A stretch of 64,000 nt of DNA from assembly GCA_038087875.1 (NCBI GenBank), contig CM075987.1, positions 22,756,001-22,820,000 on the forward strand, in the 5' to 3' direction. Within the stretch, counting starts at the first letter, position 1. Every line of letters begins with the position of its first letter. The stretch is from Malacoraja senta (lineage: Eukaryota). The notes under the pieces are model-generated. The model made no database searches. It saw only the letters and a program-made list of their open reading frames with translations, and had not been told where the DNA came from. Shown here in pieces: positions 48,919 through 62,512 of this stretch. The translations under genes were made by a program, and so were the position numbers.

Positions 48919-50944
48919 GGGGTTGTTCAGTGAGCAGGGTGTGAGCTGTTGGTCAGGCAGAGAGCTGGAAACTGGAGGCTCAGGATTCTGCTGTCAATGG
49001 TTCCCAGTTGTTTGCTGACAAAGTGATGATTGGAGTGGACGGTGAAGCGGAGAATGTGGCGGAAACTTTATCCACACTCATTCGGAAGCTAGCTATTTGC
49101 AGCAGGGCTGTCTGCTGCTTCTGAGGTTATGCTGAGCTGGCAGCACCTAGTTAGGGGTCGGGGGGGGGGGGGCGGGGCGGGGGGGGAAGGGGGTAGCTCT
49201 AACGGAGCTCGGTGACGGAGGGGTAGAGAGAGACAGTGGACCACGGCGTGCAGGAGAGGAGCAGAGATGAGTCTGGTGGCTCTGTGGAATTATCACCCCA
49301 GTTGGCCAATGGAGACGGGGTCACTGAGGGTTCAATGGTGCCACTGCTTCTTCCGTATGGCGTGCACAGCCTAAAGTTGGAGGACAACTTGTTCTATTTG
49401 ATCTTATTTGATTGTGCACGCCAGGTTGATTGCATTCGTTGAAACAGTGCGGACCACGTGAAGGTTTCAATCTCCCACCCCTCCAATGGTGCTGCGCTTG
49501 CCACAGTGAAATTCTCTTTGCATGTATTACACATGCGGGCAGCGCCATGCTTTGACACAAGTTCCAAAGTCCAAAGTGCTGTCGGCCCGCATGCTCGATG
49601 TACTGGAACTGTTCCCACGTCCCTCCCCTCCCCTCCCCTCTCCTCTCCTCGCCCGGCCACCCTTGTGTCCCGGGGGCAGCTCCAGCAGCCAATCTTGAAG
49701 GTGCTGGCTTCACCCTCCTACCAGCCCTTGCTCCTCTGGTCCAACCTCTCCAGCTCCCTCCTGCTTCCGCCGTCCGATGAGACTTTTGAGGCAGGTTCCA
49801 GTCCCGCCGCCGATGAGCTTTAAGGTCTCCTGGGCGGGCAGATATTTAGTCACTAAGGGAAATAAGGTGTTGGTGCTGGAACCTGACGCTGGGACCCACT
49901 GTAATCTTCCTGCATGGAGGAGCAGCACAAGAGGCTGAATACCCACTCACTCCTGCTCCCGTTTCCCTCTCTTCCTGCGTCCTCAAGACAGCACCATCCC
50001 ACCATCCTCTGATATCGGCACAGTGGTGCGGAGGGTACAGCTGCTGCCTCACGGTGCCAGAGACCCTGGTTCCATCCTGACTTCTGCTGCTGTTCGTGTG
50101 GAATTTGCAAGTTCCCCTGTGACCTGCATGGGTTTCCTCCGGCTGCTCCGGTTTCCTGCCACACTCCAAAGACGTGTAGGTTTGTAGGTTAATTGGCTTT
50201 GGTAAAAATTGTCGATTGTCCCTAATGTGCGCAGGATGGTGTCAGTGTAAGGCACGAACTCGGTGGGCCAAAGGGCCTGTTTCCGCACTGTATCCCTCAA
50301 CTAAACTGCGTGAGATACCTCCAGGTGCTCTGGTTTCCTCCCACATCCCAAAGACGTGCGGGTTTGTAAGTTAATTGGCCTCTGTACTGTAAATAGCCTC
50401 TAGTATGTAGGGGGGGACAAGAAAGTGGACGGGTGATGGATGGTCAGCGAGGACTCGGTGGGCTGAAGGGCCTGTTTCTTTGCTGTATCTCTGAACTATT
50501 GAGCTGTGCTCTCTTTGGGAAGTGGCCCAGACACTACGTCAAAGAGGAGGCGCAGCCCCCTGGAGGAGCAGAGCATTAGAAATGACTGGGACACAATGGC
50601 TCCGCAGACTTGCAGGTGATGTTGCCGAGTCAGATCTTTCTGCGCATTTTCTGCAGAAGGTACCGAAGCGGAAATGATTATCCGCGCAAAACGCAGCCCG
50701 CGACAGATATGGGAAACCCACAGCAATCCGGGACAATGCAGCTGGGTTTGGCAAGGAGAGGGGAACCAGGATGCAGCCGCAGAGAGGAGAGAAGAGACAG
50801 AGGAAGTGGGGAACAACAAACGACAGAACAAGGACAGCATACAAAGAGGTGGAATTCGACAGGGTGAGAAATGTGAAGAGTGCGTTATAACAAAGCAATG
50901 CAGAAAGGACACGTTGGCACCTGGGATGAGATTATAACTACCAC

Positions 50945-52052
50945 TCTAATTAGTGGGCAAAATTAGAGCACATGGTATTGGGGGTAGGGTATTGACATGG
51001 ATAGAGAACTGGTTGGCAGACAGGAAGCAAAGAGTAGGGATTAACGGGTCCTTTTCGGAACGGCAGGCAGTGACGAGTGGGGTGCCACAAGGCTCGATGC
51101 TGGGACCCCAGTTATTTACAATATATATTAATGAATTAGACGAAGTGTAACATCTCCAAGCTTGTGGACGACACAAAGCTGGGTGGCAGTGTGAGCTGCG
51201 AGGAGGATGCTATGAGGCTGCAGGGTGGGTAGCTTGGATAGGTTGGGTGAGTGGGCAGATGCATGGCAGATGCAGTATCATGTGGATAAATGTGAGGTTA
51301 TCCATTTTGGTGGCAAGAACAAGAAGGCAGATTATTATCTGAATGGTGTCAGATTAGGAAAAGGGGGGGGTACAACGAGACCTGGGTGTGCTTGTACATC
51401 AGGCAGTGATGAAAGCTAATGACATTATGGACTTCATTGTGAGAGGATTTGAATTTAGGAGCAAGGAGGTCCTACTGCAGTTGGACAAGACCCAGGTGAG
51501 ACCGCACCTGGAGTATTGTGTGCAATTTTGGTCCGCTGGTTTGGTCTCTTGTTATTGAGGGAGTGCAGTGTAGGTTCACCAGGTTAATTCCCGGGATGGC
51601 GGGACTGACATATGATGAAAGGTTGGATCGACTGGGCTTGTATTCACTGGAATTTAGAAGGATGAGAGGGTATCTTATGGGAACATGTAAAATTATTAAG
51701 GGATTGGACAGGCTAGATGCAGAATTTTTTTTCCTGATGTTGGGGGAGTCCAGAACCAGGGGTCAGCGTTTAAGAATAAGGGTAGGCCATTTAGGACTGA
51801 GATGAGGAAAATCTTTTTCAGCCAGGGAGTTGTGAATCTGTGGAATTCTCTGCCTCAGAAGGCAGTGGAGGCCAATTCACTGGATGTTTTCAAGAGAGCT
51901 AGCTATAGCTCTTAGGACTAATGGAATCAGGAGATATGGGGCCAAAACAAGAACAGAGTACTGATTTAGGATGATCAGCCATGATCATATTGAATGACGA
52001 TGCTGGCTCATAGGGCCGAATGGCCTACTCCTGCACCTATTTTCTATATTTC
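50945..52052 (+). mobile_element. Degenerate CR1 RT through 3' tail
   Basis: [17 protein letters not shown]...[19 protein letters not shown]...DDTKLGG, with frameshifts. Confidence 0.92.
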
Positions 52053-55001
52053 TCATCTGACTTGAATATAGTTAGGAATGGGAAGTAAATGGGCAAAGTT
52101 ACAAAGTATGTGAAAGAAGACTTAAAACACTGGACAACATGGATAGGTGACCTTTCCAGTCGGGACTTGTCCATGTTCTCCAGAGATGCTGCCTGACCCG
52201 CTGAGTTACTCCAGCACCTTGTGCCTTTTCTGGTAAACCAGCATCTGCAGTTACATTCATCTCCATGTATTCAGAGGGATAGGATAGGAAAAAGAAGAGG
52301 GCTGTGGAGTTGGTAGTGAAGGTAAGCACAAAAAGCTGGAGTAACTCAGCGGGACAGGCAGCATCTCTGGAGAAAAGGAATGGGTGACGTTTCGGGTCGA
52401 GACCTCTCTTCAGATAGTGATCTTGCTTTGATGAAGCCTCTGTTGTGCTGCCTGGTCCCTGGCCTTGGGATACTGACGGTACTGTATAAATAAGTTGTTT
52501 TTGTTGTTATTGGGTAAGACAGCGGAGAATAAATCAATTGGAGTTCTCTTGCAGATCATCAGCCGGAGAGCCAAACAGGAAAATGCATGTGTGGATGGGA
52601 CCAAAGGTCAGTTCTCTGCATAGAGTCTTTGTTGGTGTTAAAGAACAAGTAACATTCCTATTCCTTCATTGTTTATAACATCACCCTAATATGAAGGAGA
52701 TGGAGGATTATATCAGGGGGAATGTACAAATGATATTGCTGCAATGGAAGAGGTTTATAGTCCAGAGCAAAATGACTGAGGCATTGTTACATCAGAGGAG
52801 ACAGCACCTCACGTGTGGAAGACCGATAGAGTTGATGCCTCACAGCGCCAGAGACCCGAGTTCGATCCTGACTACGGGTGCTGTCTGTACGGGAATTGTA
52901 AGTTCTCACCGTGACTGCGTGGGTTTTCTCCAGGAGCTCCAGTTTCCTCCCACATCCAAAGATGTACAGATTTGTAGGTTAATTGGCGTGGTATAAATGT
53001 CAATTGTTCCTTAGTGTGTGTAGGGTAGTGTTTTGTGTGCGGGGATCGCTGGTCGACGTACACTCGGTGGGCCGAAGGGACTGTTTGCATGCTGACTCGG
53101 TGTCGAAAAGAAACTGTTTGGAAAAAACGCACAAACTGAGAAACTGCTATTTTCCCAACGTGCCAATACTTTTCCCAGAGCGACAGGACAAGGTGTAAAT
53201 TCCGATGGCCCAGGACTCCAGGCTAATCCAGGAGTTATTGGATACTCCGACTGGGGTGGAGGTGGATAGAGCAACCCTCTGACTAACCTCACTGGGCGAC
53301 CCCTGCTCTCTCCCTGAAATATAACGAGAGACCCTGATACAGCAGAGAAATGCCACGTCTGGAATGCAGAGTCACTTCCCCTCAACCCGGTTCCCAACCA
53401 CTCATGTTTCTCTCACCCCAATATATCGAGAGTTATTATTACAGTACTCTGCTTTAAGTCTTCCGTGACGACAAGTGACACCCAGGTCACTGGGTTTACC
53501 GGAGTTCCCAGGGTGTTCCATCAATGGACGGATTCCAACCTTGCCACCAGCACATCCTTACCCCAGCACCAGAGGGTGCTTGCTCACATAAGTGATAGAA
53601 CCAGAATTAGGCCATTCAGCCCATCAAGTCTACTCCGCCATTCAATCATGGCCGATCTATCTTTCCCTCTCATAGAAACATAGAAAAATAGGTGCAGGAG
53701 TAGGCCATTCGGCCCTTCGAGCCAGCACCGCCATTCAATATGATCATGGCTGATCATCTAAAATCAGTACCCCATTCCTGCCTTTTCCCAAATATCCCTT
53801 GATTCCTGTCGCCCTAAGAGCTAAATCTAACTCTCTCTCTCTCTCAACCCCAATCTCATGCTTTCTCCTCATACCCCTCACCACTAACTCTCCTATACCT
53901 CATAGACTCATACCTCAGATACTTTCACAATTCCACCATCCCATCCCTGAGGGCCAAACATTTAACTTCCAAGGTCACAACATATTTTCCTAAGCCACGG
54001 CCAATCTCGCAACCTGAGAACTGATCACTAAAATCCTTCCTTGATGAAGCTGTTCCCACCCTGACTTTGGGATGCTGACCGTGTGGTATTAATTTACTTT
54101 AGTTTTAAGAGATACAGCATGGAAATAGGCCCTTCGGCCCACCAAGTCCGTGCCAACCAGTACTTTAGTTTTTATCCTACACACTAGGGGCAATTTACAG
54201 AAGCCAATTAACCTACAAACGTACGTCTTTGAGATGTGGGAAGAAACCGGAGCACCCAGAGAAAACCCACGCGGTCCACAGGGTGAACGTACAAACTCCG
54301 TACAGACAGCACCCATAGTCAGGATTGAACCCGGGCCTCTGGCGCTGGAAGGCAGCAACTCTACCGCAGCGCCACCGTTCCGCCCCCAAGTGTTCTTGAT
54401 GTTATTGAGGGGCAAAGGGCAGAAGAATCAATCAGTTTAACAAACACACAAAGCGCTGGAGTAACTCAGTGGGTCGGGCAGTATCCCTGGAGGACATGGA
54501 TTGGTGACGTTTCGGATCAGAAGAAGGTTCCTCCACAGATGCTGCCCAACCCGCTGAGTTACTCCAGCACTTTGCGTCTATTTGCAAACCAGCTTCTGCA
54601 TTTCATTGTGTCTACTAGAATCAATCGGAAATTCCCTTCTAAATCTCCAGCCCAAGGGCAGAGCAGGAAAGTGAGTAAGTGGGGAAAAAAACAAGCTCAG
54701 TTCTCTTTCCCATTTAAATCGAAGAATGATTAGTGCTGATGTGATCCTGATCAATAATCCCGCAGATGTGAGTAGAAACAACACCACTGCATTTGGAGAA
54801 CCTGGGTTCTATTCAACAAATAATATGGATGTAAAAATCTAGGATCAGTAGATCATAAGATCATAAGTGATAGGAGCAGAATTAGGCCATTCGGCCCATC
54901 GTCCACTCCGCCATTCAATCATGGCTGATCTATCTCTCCCTCCTAACCCCATTCTCCTGCCTTCTCCCAACACCTCTGACATCCGAACTAGTCTGGACAT
55001 T

Positions 55002-56170
55002 CAGTGAGTGTGTGGGACCTGTATCCCAGTGAGGGTCAGTGTGTGGGGGACCTGTACCCAGTGAGTGTCAGTGTGTGTGGGACCCGTACCCCTGTGAGGG
55101 TCAGTGTGTGTGGGACCTGTACCCCAGTGGGGGTCAGTGTGTGTGGGACCCGTACCCCAATGAGGGTCAGTGTGTGTGGGACCTGTACCCCAGTGAGTGT
55201 CAGTGTGTGTGGGACCTGTACCCCAGTGAGGGTCAGTGTGTGTGGGGGTTGTACCCCAGTGAGGGTCAGTGTGGGGGGGACCTGTACCCCAGTGAGGGTC
55301 AGTGTGTGTGTGGGACGTGTACCCCAGTGAGGGTCAGTGTGTGTGGACTGTACCCCAGTGAGGGTCAGTGTGTGGGGGACCTGTTCCCCAGTGAGGGTCA
55401 GTGTGTGGGGGACCTGTTCCCCAGTGAGGGTCAGTGTGTGTGGGACCCGTACCCCAGTGAGGGTCAGTGTGTGGGGGACCCGTACCCCAGTGAGGGTCAG
55501 TGTGTGGGGGACCTGTACCCCAGTGAAGGTCAGTGTGTGTGGGACCTGTACCCCAGTGAAGGTCAGTGTGTGTGGGACATACCCCAGTGAGGGTCAGTGT
55601 GTGTGGGACTTGTACCCCAGTGAAGGTCAGTGTGTGTGGGACATACCCCAGTGAGGGTCAGTGTGTGGGGGACCTGTACCCCAGTGAAGGTCAGTGTGTG
55701 TGGGACATACCCCAGTGAGGGTCAGTGTGTGTGGGACTTGTACCCCAGTGAAGGTCAGTGTGTGTGGGACATACCCCAGTGAGGGTCAGTGTGTGGGGGA
55801 CCTTTACCCCAGTGAGGGTCAGTGTGTGTGGGACCTGTACCCCAGTGAGGGTCAGTGTGTGGGGGACCTGTACCCCAGTGAGGGTCATTGTGTGTGGGGG
55901 ACCTGTACCCCAGTGAGGGTCAGTGTGTGTGGGACATACCCCAGTGAGGGTCAGTGTGTGTGGGACATGTACCCCAGTGAGGGTCAGTGTGTGTGGGGAC
56001 CTGTACCCCAGTGAGGGTCAGTGTGTGTGGGGGACCTGTACCCCAGTGAGGGTCATTGTGTGTGGGACCCGTACCCCAGTGAGGGTCAGTGTGTGGGGGA
56101 CCTGTACCCCAGTGAGGATCAGTATGTGTGTGTGTGGGGGACCTGTACCCCAGTGAGGGTCAGTGTGTGT
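55002..56170 (+). repeat. Same minisatellite family, short-TG variant
   Basis: Units of ~31-35 bp. Confidence 0.97.
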
Positions 56171-57292
56171 GGAGTGGAGAGAAAGCAGAGACTCAGCCTA
56201 AGATATGGTGCAGCAAATTGCTCCGAACATGATGGCTGGGACAGATGGAATGTGTAGGAAGGAACTGCAGATGCTGGTTTACAGCGAAGATAGACATAAA
56301 ATGCTGGAGTAACTCAGCGGGGCGGGCAGCATCTGTGGAGAGAAGGAGTGGGTGACGTTTCTGGTCGGGACCCTGGGTGTGATCCAACAGGATTCTACGC
56401 GGTGGAGGTACATTGGCTGGAGTTTGCTCAATTGACATTTTGTTTACTTCCCGCGGGCACCAGTCAATTCTCTGCGATATCTGCATCTGTGCCCTCAAGA
56501 CCCTCGAAGGATCAAGGACGGCAGCAGAGAGGTTTAGAAACATAGAAAATAGGTGAAGGAGCAGGCCATTCGGCCCTTCGAGCCAGCACCGCCATTCAAT
56601 ATGATCAAGGCTGATCATCCTAAATCAGTACCATTCATTTCACTTGCACTTTATGTTCAATATGACGAATAAAACCGTATTGTATTGTACCCCGTTCCTG
56701 CTTTCTCCCCGTATCCTTGATTCCGTTAGCCCTGAGAGCTAAATCTAACTCTCTCTTGAAAACATCCAGTGAATTGCCCTCCACTGCCTTCTGTGGCAGA
56801 GAATTCCACAGATTCATAACTCTCTGGGTGAAAAGGTTTGTCCTCAGGTTTGTGAGCAACAAGTGGACAGAACGGCTGTGGGCTGGAGTGGAACAATGTT
56901 GGCTCACGGGGTCTGAGCGTTTGGGCAGCGAGCCTGTTATCACAGGTGCTTCACAGATACGTGCAGGTGGGGGGGGACCGCTCTGAATCCCGCCCCAGCT
57001 GCCAGCCACAGACAGCAGAGGTGAGAGGGATGTCTGGGCCCTGGCAAGGCCAGTGTGGAACATTTAAGCCCCTCCATTCTCTTGTCATCGAACAAAACAA
57101 ATCAAAATATTAAATGATTAAAAGTACAAGCTGTCGCCGTGGGAACCGTGGGGTCACTGACTCCCTTTCATTCAACGTCTGACATTGGCACAAACCTAGA
57201 AACAGGTGTCCCTGGTCCAGACAAAACCAATTGCCAGTCAATTTATCACCTCTTTAATTGTGCACACTGCTCTGTAAGCTGCGGCACTAAGG

Positions 57293-58465
57293 CCCGGGTC
57301 CCCCACACACTCACCCTCACTGGGGGTACGGGTCCCACACACACACTGACCCTCACTGGGGTACAGGTCCCACACACACACATGACCCTCACTGGGGTAC
57401 AGGTCCCACACACACACTGACCCTCACTGGGGTACGGGTCCCACACACACACTGACCCTCACTGGGGTACGGGTCCCACACACACACTGACCCTCACTGG
57501 GGTACAGGTCCCACACACACACTGACCCTCACTGGGGTACAGGTCCCACACACACACACTGACCCTCACTGGGGTACAGGTCCCACACACACACACTGAC
57601 CCTCACTGGGGTACAGGTCCCACACACACACACTGACCCTCACTGGGGTACAGGTCCCACACACACACTGACCCTCACTGGGGTACAAGTCCCACACACA
57701 CACTGACCCACACTGCGGCCCGGGTCCCACACACACACTGACCCTCACTGGGGTACAGGTCCCACACACACACACACTGACCCTCACTGGGGTACAGGTC
57801 CCACACACACACACTGACCCTCACTGGGGTACAGGTCCCACACACACACTGACCCTCACTGGGGTACAGGTCCCACACACACTGACCCTCACTGGGATAC
57901 AGGTCCCACACACACTGACCCTCACTGGGATACAGGTCCCACACACACACTGACCCCTCACTGGGGTACAGGTCCCACACACACTGACCCTCACTGGGAT
58001 ACAGGTCCCACACACACTGACCCTCACTGGGATACAGGTCCCACACACACTGACCCTCACTGGGGTACAGGTCCCACACACACTGACCCTCACTGGGGTA
58101 CAGGTCCCACACACACTGACCCTCACTGGGGTACAGGTCCCACACACACTGACCCTCACTGGGGCACGGGTCCCACACACACACACACTGACCCTCACTG
58201 GGGCACGGGTCCCACACACACACACACTGACCCTCACTGGGGCACGGGTCCCACACACACACTGACCCTCACTGGGGCACGGGTCCCACACACACACACA
58301 CTGACCCTCACTGGGGCACGGGTCCCACACACACACTGACCCTCACTGGGGCACGGGTCCCACACACACACACACTGACCCTCACTGGGGCACGGGTCCC
58401 ACACACACACACACTGACCCTCACTGGGGCACGGGTCCCACACACACACACTGATCCTCACACAC
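57293..58465 (-). repeat. Same minisatellite family, inverted
   Basis: cactgaccctcactggggtacaggtccca(ca)n units. Confidence 0.97.
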
Positions 58466-59174
58466 TTACGGGTGTATATAGAATGTATTAAACTGATACG
58501 GTGCCACAATGCTAAACAGGAAATAATGAGTTATTTTTACACAATTGTTTATTAATTCGTGTGTTCACATCACAGCATTGTCTGGAGTCTGAAGAAGGCT
58601 CTCGACCCAAAATGTCGGCTGTCCATGTCCTTTAGAGATGCTCCCTGACCATCTGAGTTTCTACAGCACTTTGGTTGTTTTTTTTTGTTGCAAACCAGCA
58701 TTTCAATTCCTGGTGCCTGCATCGCCTTAATCTTGTTGTGATAAATGTATAAAACTGCAGCAGTGAAAGAGTCAGGCCCATTTATGGCTTGCATCTGGCT
58801 TCTTACACATCGGGCCAAGAGTATTTAATTGTCATATGAGCCGTCAATAGAAGAATGAAAATCTTACTTGCAGCAGTCTAACAAGAAGTTACACACGGGT
58901 AAATATGTAATAGCCACCAATACAATAAATGTATACCCTTATTACTAGGTGACCACAATAGTGCAATCATTTTAGTCGCTAGTGCAACCAAAGATACAGT
59001 CCAAGCAGATCCTTGTTGGTGTACAGCTCCAGACACAACACACCACAATGAGCAACTACAGCTGGGAAACAGCAACCTTGCTGACTCCAATCTCTCAGTT
59101 CCTTTTATTATACTAGTTCCTTCTTCCAAGCGCTAACTGACTTTTGTACCACATCAAATGTCAATACGTGGAGT

Positions 59175-59572
59175 GAAACATAGAAAATATGTGCAGGAGG
59201 AGGCCATTCGGCCCTTCGAGCCAGCACCGCCATTCATTGTGATCATGGCTGATTGTCCCCTATCAATAACCCGTGCCTGCCTTCTCCCCGTATCCCTTGA
59301 CTCCACTAGCCCTTAGAGCTCTATCTAACTCTCTCTTAAATCCATCCAGTGACTTGGCCTCCACTGCCCACTGTGGCAGGGAATTCCATAAATTCACAAC
59401 TCTCTGGGTGAAAAGGTTTTATCTCACCTCAGTCTTAAATGACCTCCCCTTTATTCTAAGACTGTGACCCCTGGTTCTGGACTCGCCCAACATTGGGAAC
59501 ATTTTTCCTGCATCTAGCTTGTCCAGTCCTTTTATAATTTTATATGTTTCTATAAGATCACCCCTCATCCTT
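59175..59572 (-). mobile_element. CR1 3' fragment
   Basis: RMRGDLIETYKIIKGLDKLDAGKMFPMLGESRTRGHSL. Confidence 0.88.
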
Positions 59573-60310
59573 CCAGGGATTCTGGTCTGTGTTATGGACT
59601 GGGCCACATCTACAACTGAGCTGGTTCCAGACCAAGCTGTGATGCAATCCGACAGTATGCTTTCTATGCTTCAGATGTCTGTAAGAGTTATTGGAGACAT
59701 TCCACATTTCCTCATTCTGAGAAAGTAAAGGCATTACTACGCTGTTTTGGCAGTCTCTTCAATATGGTTGGTCCACCACTGATCATGGGTTGTATTTAGG
59801 CCTTGGAACTTGAAACTCTCAACCAGTTCCGCTTTGGCACCGTTGATGCTGATTGGGGCATGTACTCCACCACGCCTCCTGAAGTCAATAGTGTTTAAGA
59901 AGGAACTGCAGATGCTGGAAAATCCCAGGTACACAAAACTGCTGGAGAAACTCAGCGGGTGCAGCAGCATCTATGGAGCGAAGGAAATAGGCAACGTTTC
60001 GGGCCGAACCTCGTTGCCTATTTCCTTCGCTCCATAGATGCTGCTGCACCCGCTGAGTTTCTCCAGCATTTCTGTGTCCTGATGCCAATAACTAGCTCCT
60101 TTGTCTTGCTGCCATTGAGTAGTTATTGCCCTGACACCATGATACTAAGTTCTCTCTGTCTTTGTGGTGCTCCGTTTCATCATTGTTCACCACAGTAGCG
60201 TCATCTCAAAATGTGACGATGGTGTTAGAGTAGGATTTGGCCGCACGGTCCTAGTGTGTAGAGTGTGCAGTGGGGGACTGAGAACACATCTGTGTTCACC
60301 ATTATTGTGG
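59572..60310 (-). mobile_element. Degenerate Rex1/Babar RT fragment
   Basis: IDFRRRGGVHAPISINGAKAELVESFKFQG...WTNHI motif. Confidence 0.7.
59888..60080. mobile_element. Hairpin PLE-derived insertion inside a Rex1 fragment
   Basis: Inverted arms centred ~60005, same subfamily as the insertions at 25376 and 36421. Confidence 0.7.
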
Positions 60311-60534
60311 AGGATGCAGTGTTGTAGGTGTCACATGGTCTTGGCATGTGGACTAGTGTAGATGGGGTACCTTGGTCGACATGAACAAACTGGGCCGAGG
60401 GGCCTGTTTCTGTGCTGTATGTCGACTCTTTATGGTGAAAGGTTCGGCATTTTAAGATACCAGTTATTGTAAAATCGCAGGACACCTTGTCACGTTGTTA
60501 CAGAAGATACAAGGACCTGTTCCCCATCATTATA

Positions 60535-60735
60535 CTGCAGTCACATTCCACCACATTTCTCCTCCCCCTCCTCTTTTGGAAGGAACCATCCCTCAGTGAC
60601 TCCCTGGACCTCTCCACCAACCACCCCCCATCTCACGGTGCTTTTCCCTGCACTCGGAGGAGGTGCATTTCTTGTTCTTTTACCTCTTCCTCTTACCCCC
60701 AACAGTCTCTATCCAGGTGAAGCAGCATTCATGCA
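60535..60735 (+). mobile_element. Degenerate Neptune-type PLE RT-EN linker with zinc knuckle
   Basis: The ORF reads ...SLSDSL...HGAFPCTRRRCISCSFTSS, matching the CxxxxCxxC linker of Neptune PLEs. PLE terminal repeats follow at 60760-60975. Confidence 0.6.
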
Positions 60736-61395
60736 ACGCCACAGAAAAACAACCCGGCAGGTGCTGGAATCTTAAGCAGAATACAAAGCGCTGGAGTAAC
60801 TCAGCGAGGCAGGCAGCATCTGGAGGGGCAATTGACAGGCCACGATTCAGGCCGCGACCCTTCTTCAGACTCACCTTAAACTTTTACTCCTTGTCTCTTT
60901 CCACAGTTGCTCCCTGACCTGCTGAGAGTTTCCACCATTTCTGGTTTCTGTTTCAGATTTCCACCATCTGCAGGGTTTGGGTCATATTAATGCAAATCTT
61001 CACAACACACGTTTACAACATGTCTCTGCCACATTGTTACCTTAAAACAGGGCTTTGTGTCTTATTACAATAGTACGAGCCTCTGTGTGTAGACTGACTC
61101 TATGCAATGATAATGTACGAATAATAAAATTAGTCGTCATATCATAATAACAATAGCAATAATAATATCCAAACCATTTGCCTCTAAAATAATCCAAACT
61201 ATATCAAATAATATTACAGAATTGACCATATTAATTAAGTTGAGAGGTATATATTGTATTAACATATATATGTATAAGGCAGACACAAAATGCTGGAGTA
61301 ACTCAGCAGGACAGGCAGCATCTCTGGAGAGATGGAATGGGTGATATTTCGGGTCGAGACCCTTCTTCAGACTGGTCATGTGTATGTATGTGTGT

Positions 61396-62075
<680 letters not shown>

Positions 62076-62512
62076 TGATCATAGATGTGAAATGTGAAAC
62101 CAGAGGAAAGAATATAAGTGGAAGGGGGCGGGGGTGTAGGGGAAATCAGGGTGCATCCAGGTGGGGCACCGGGACGAGAGGGGAGGAAAAGGTGGGGAAC
62201 GTAGAGGAGAGGTTGGTGTTCGGCACTAACAATAATGTTTTCACTTCTACACATCGAGCTTTGCTCCTCGCTCCTTATCGCCACCATCAATCTCTGGCAT
62301 TTATCGACACCGCTCTCAAACTCAAGTGAACAAAGAGATTATCAGGGCTTTCAAGTCTCAGGAAGTTCTCAGGTAATTCTCAAGAGTCTGGATCAGTGCC
62401 CCCCCCCCCCCCCCCACAAACCTCCTGCCCAATATTTACTCCCTGCCAGCAGCCTCCAGTGCGTGAGCGCACTCACAATATTTATCACGTTTCACCATGG
62501 ATCCCTCACAGA

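Noticed and set aside
49660..50940. ORFs in unique GC-rich stretches near 49700 and 50500-50940
   Set aside because: No recognisable protein motif or convincing paired splice sites.
42050..52052. An intact autonomous LINE
   Set aside because: All CR1 pieces are truncated, frameshifted or in differing orientations.
47194..58509. Cys-rich ORFs (CVWDLYPSEGQ, CGTCTPVRVSV) resembling EGF or keratin-associated proteins
   Set aside because: They are translations of the minisatellite, open in several frames, with no splice or codon structure.
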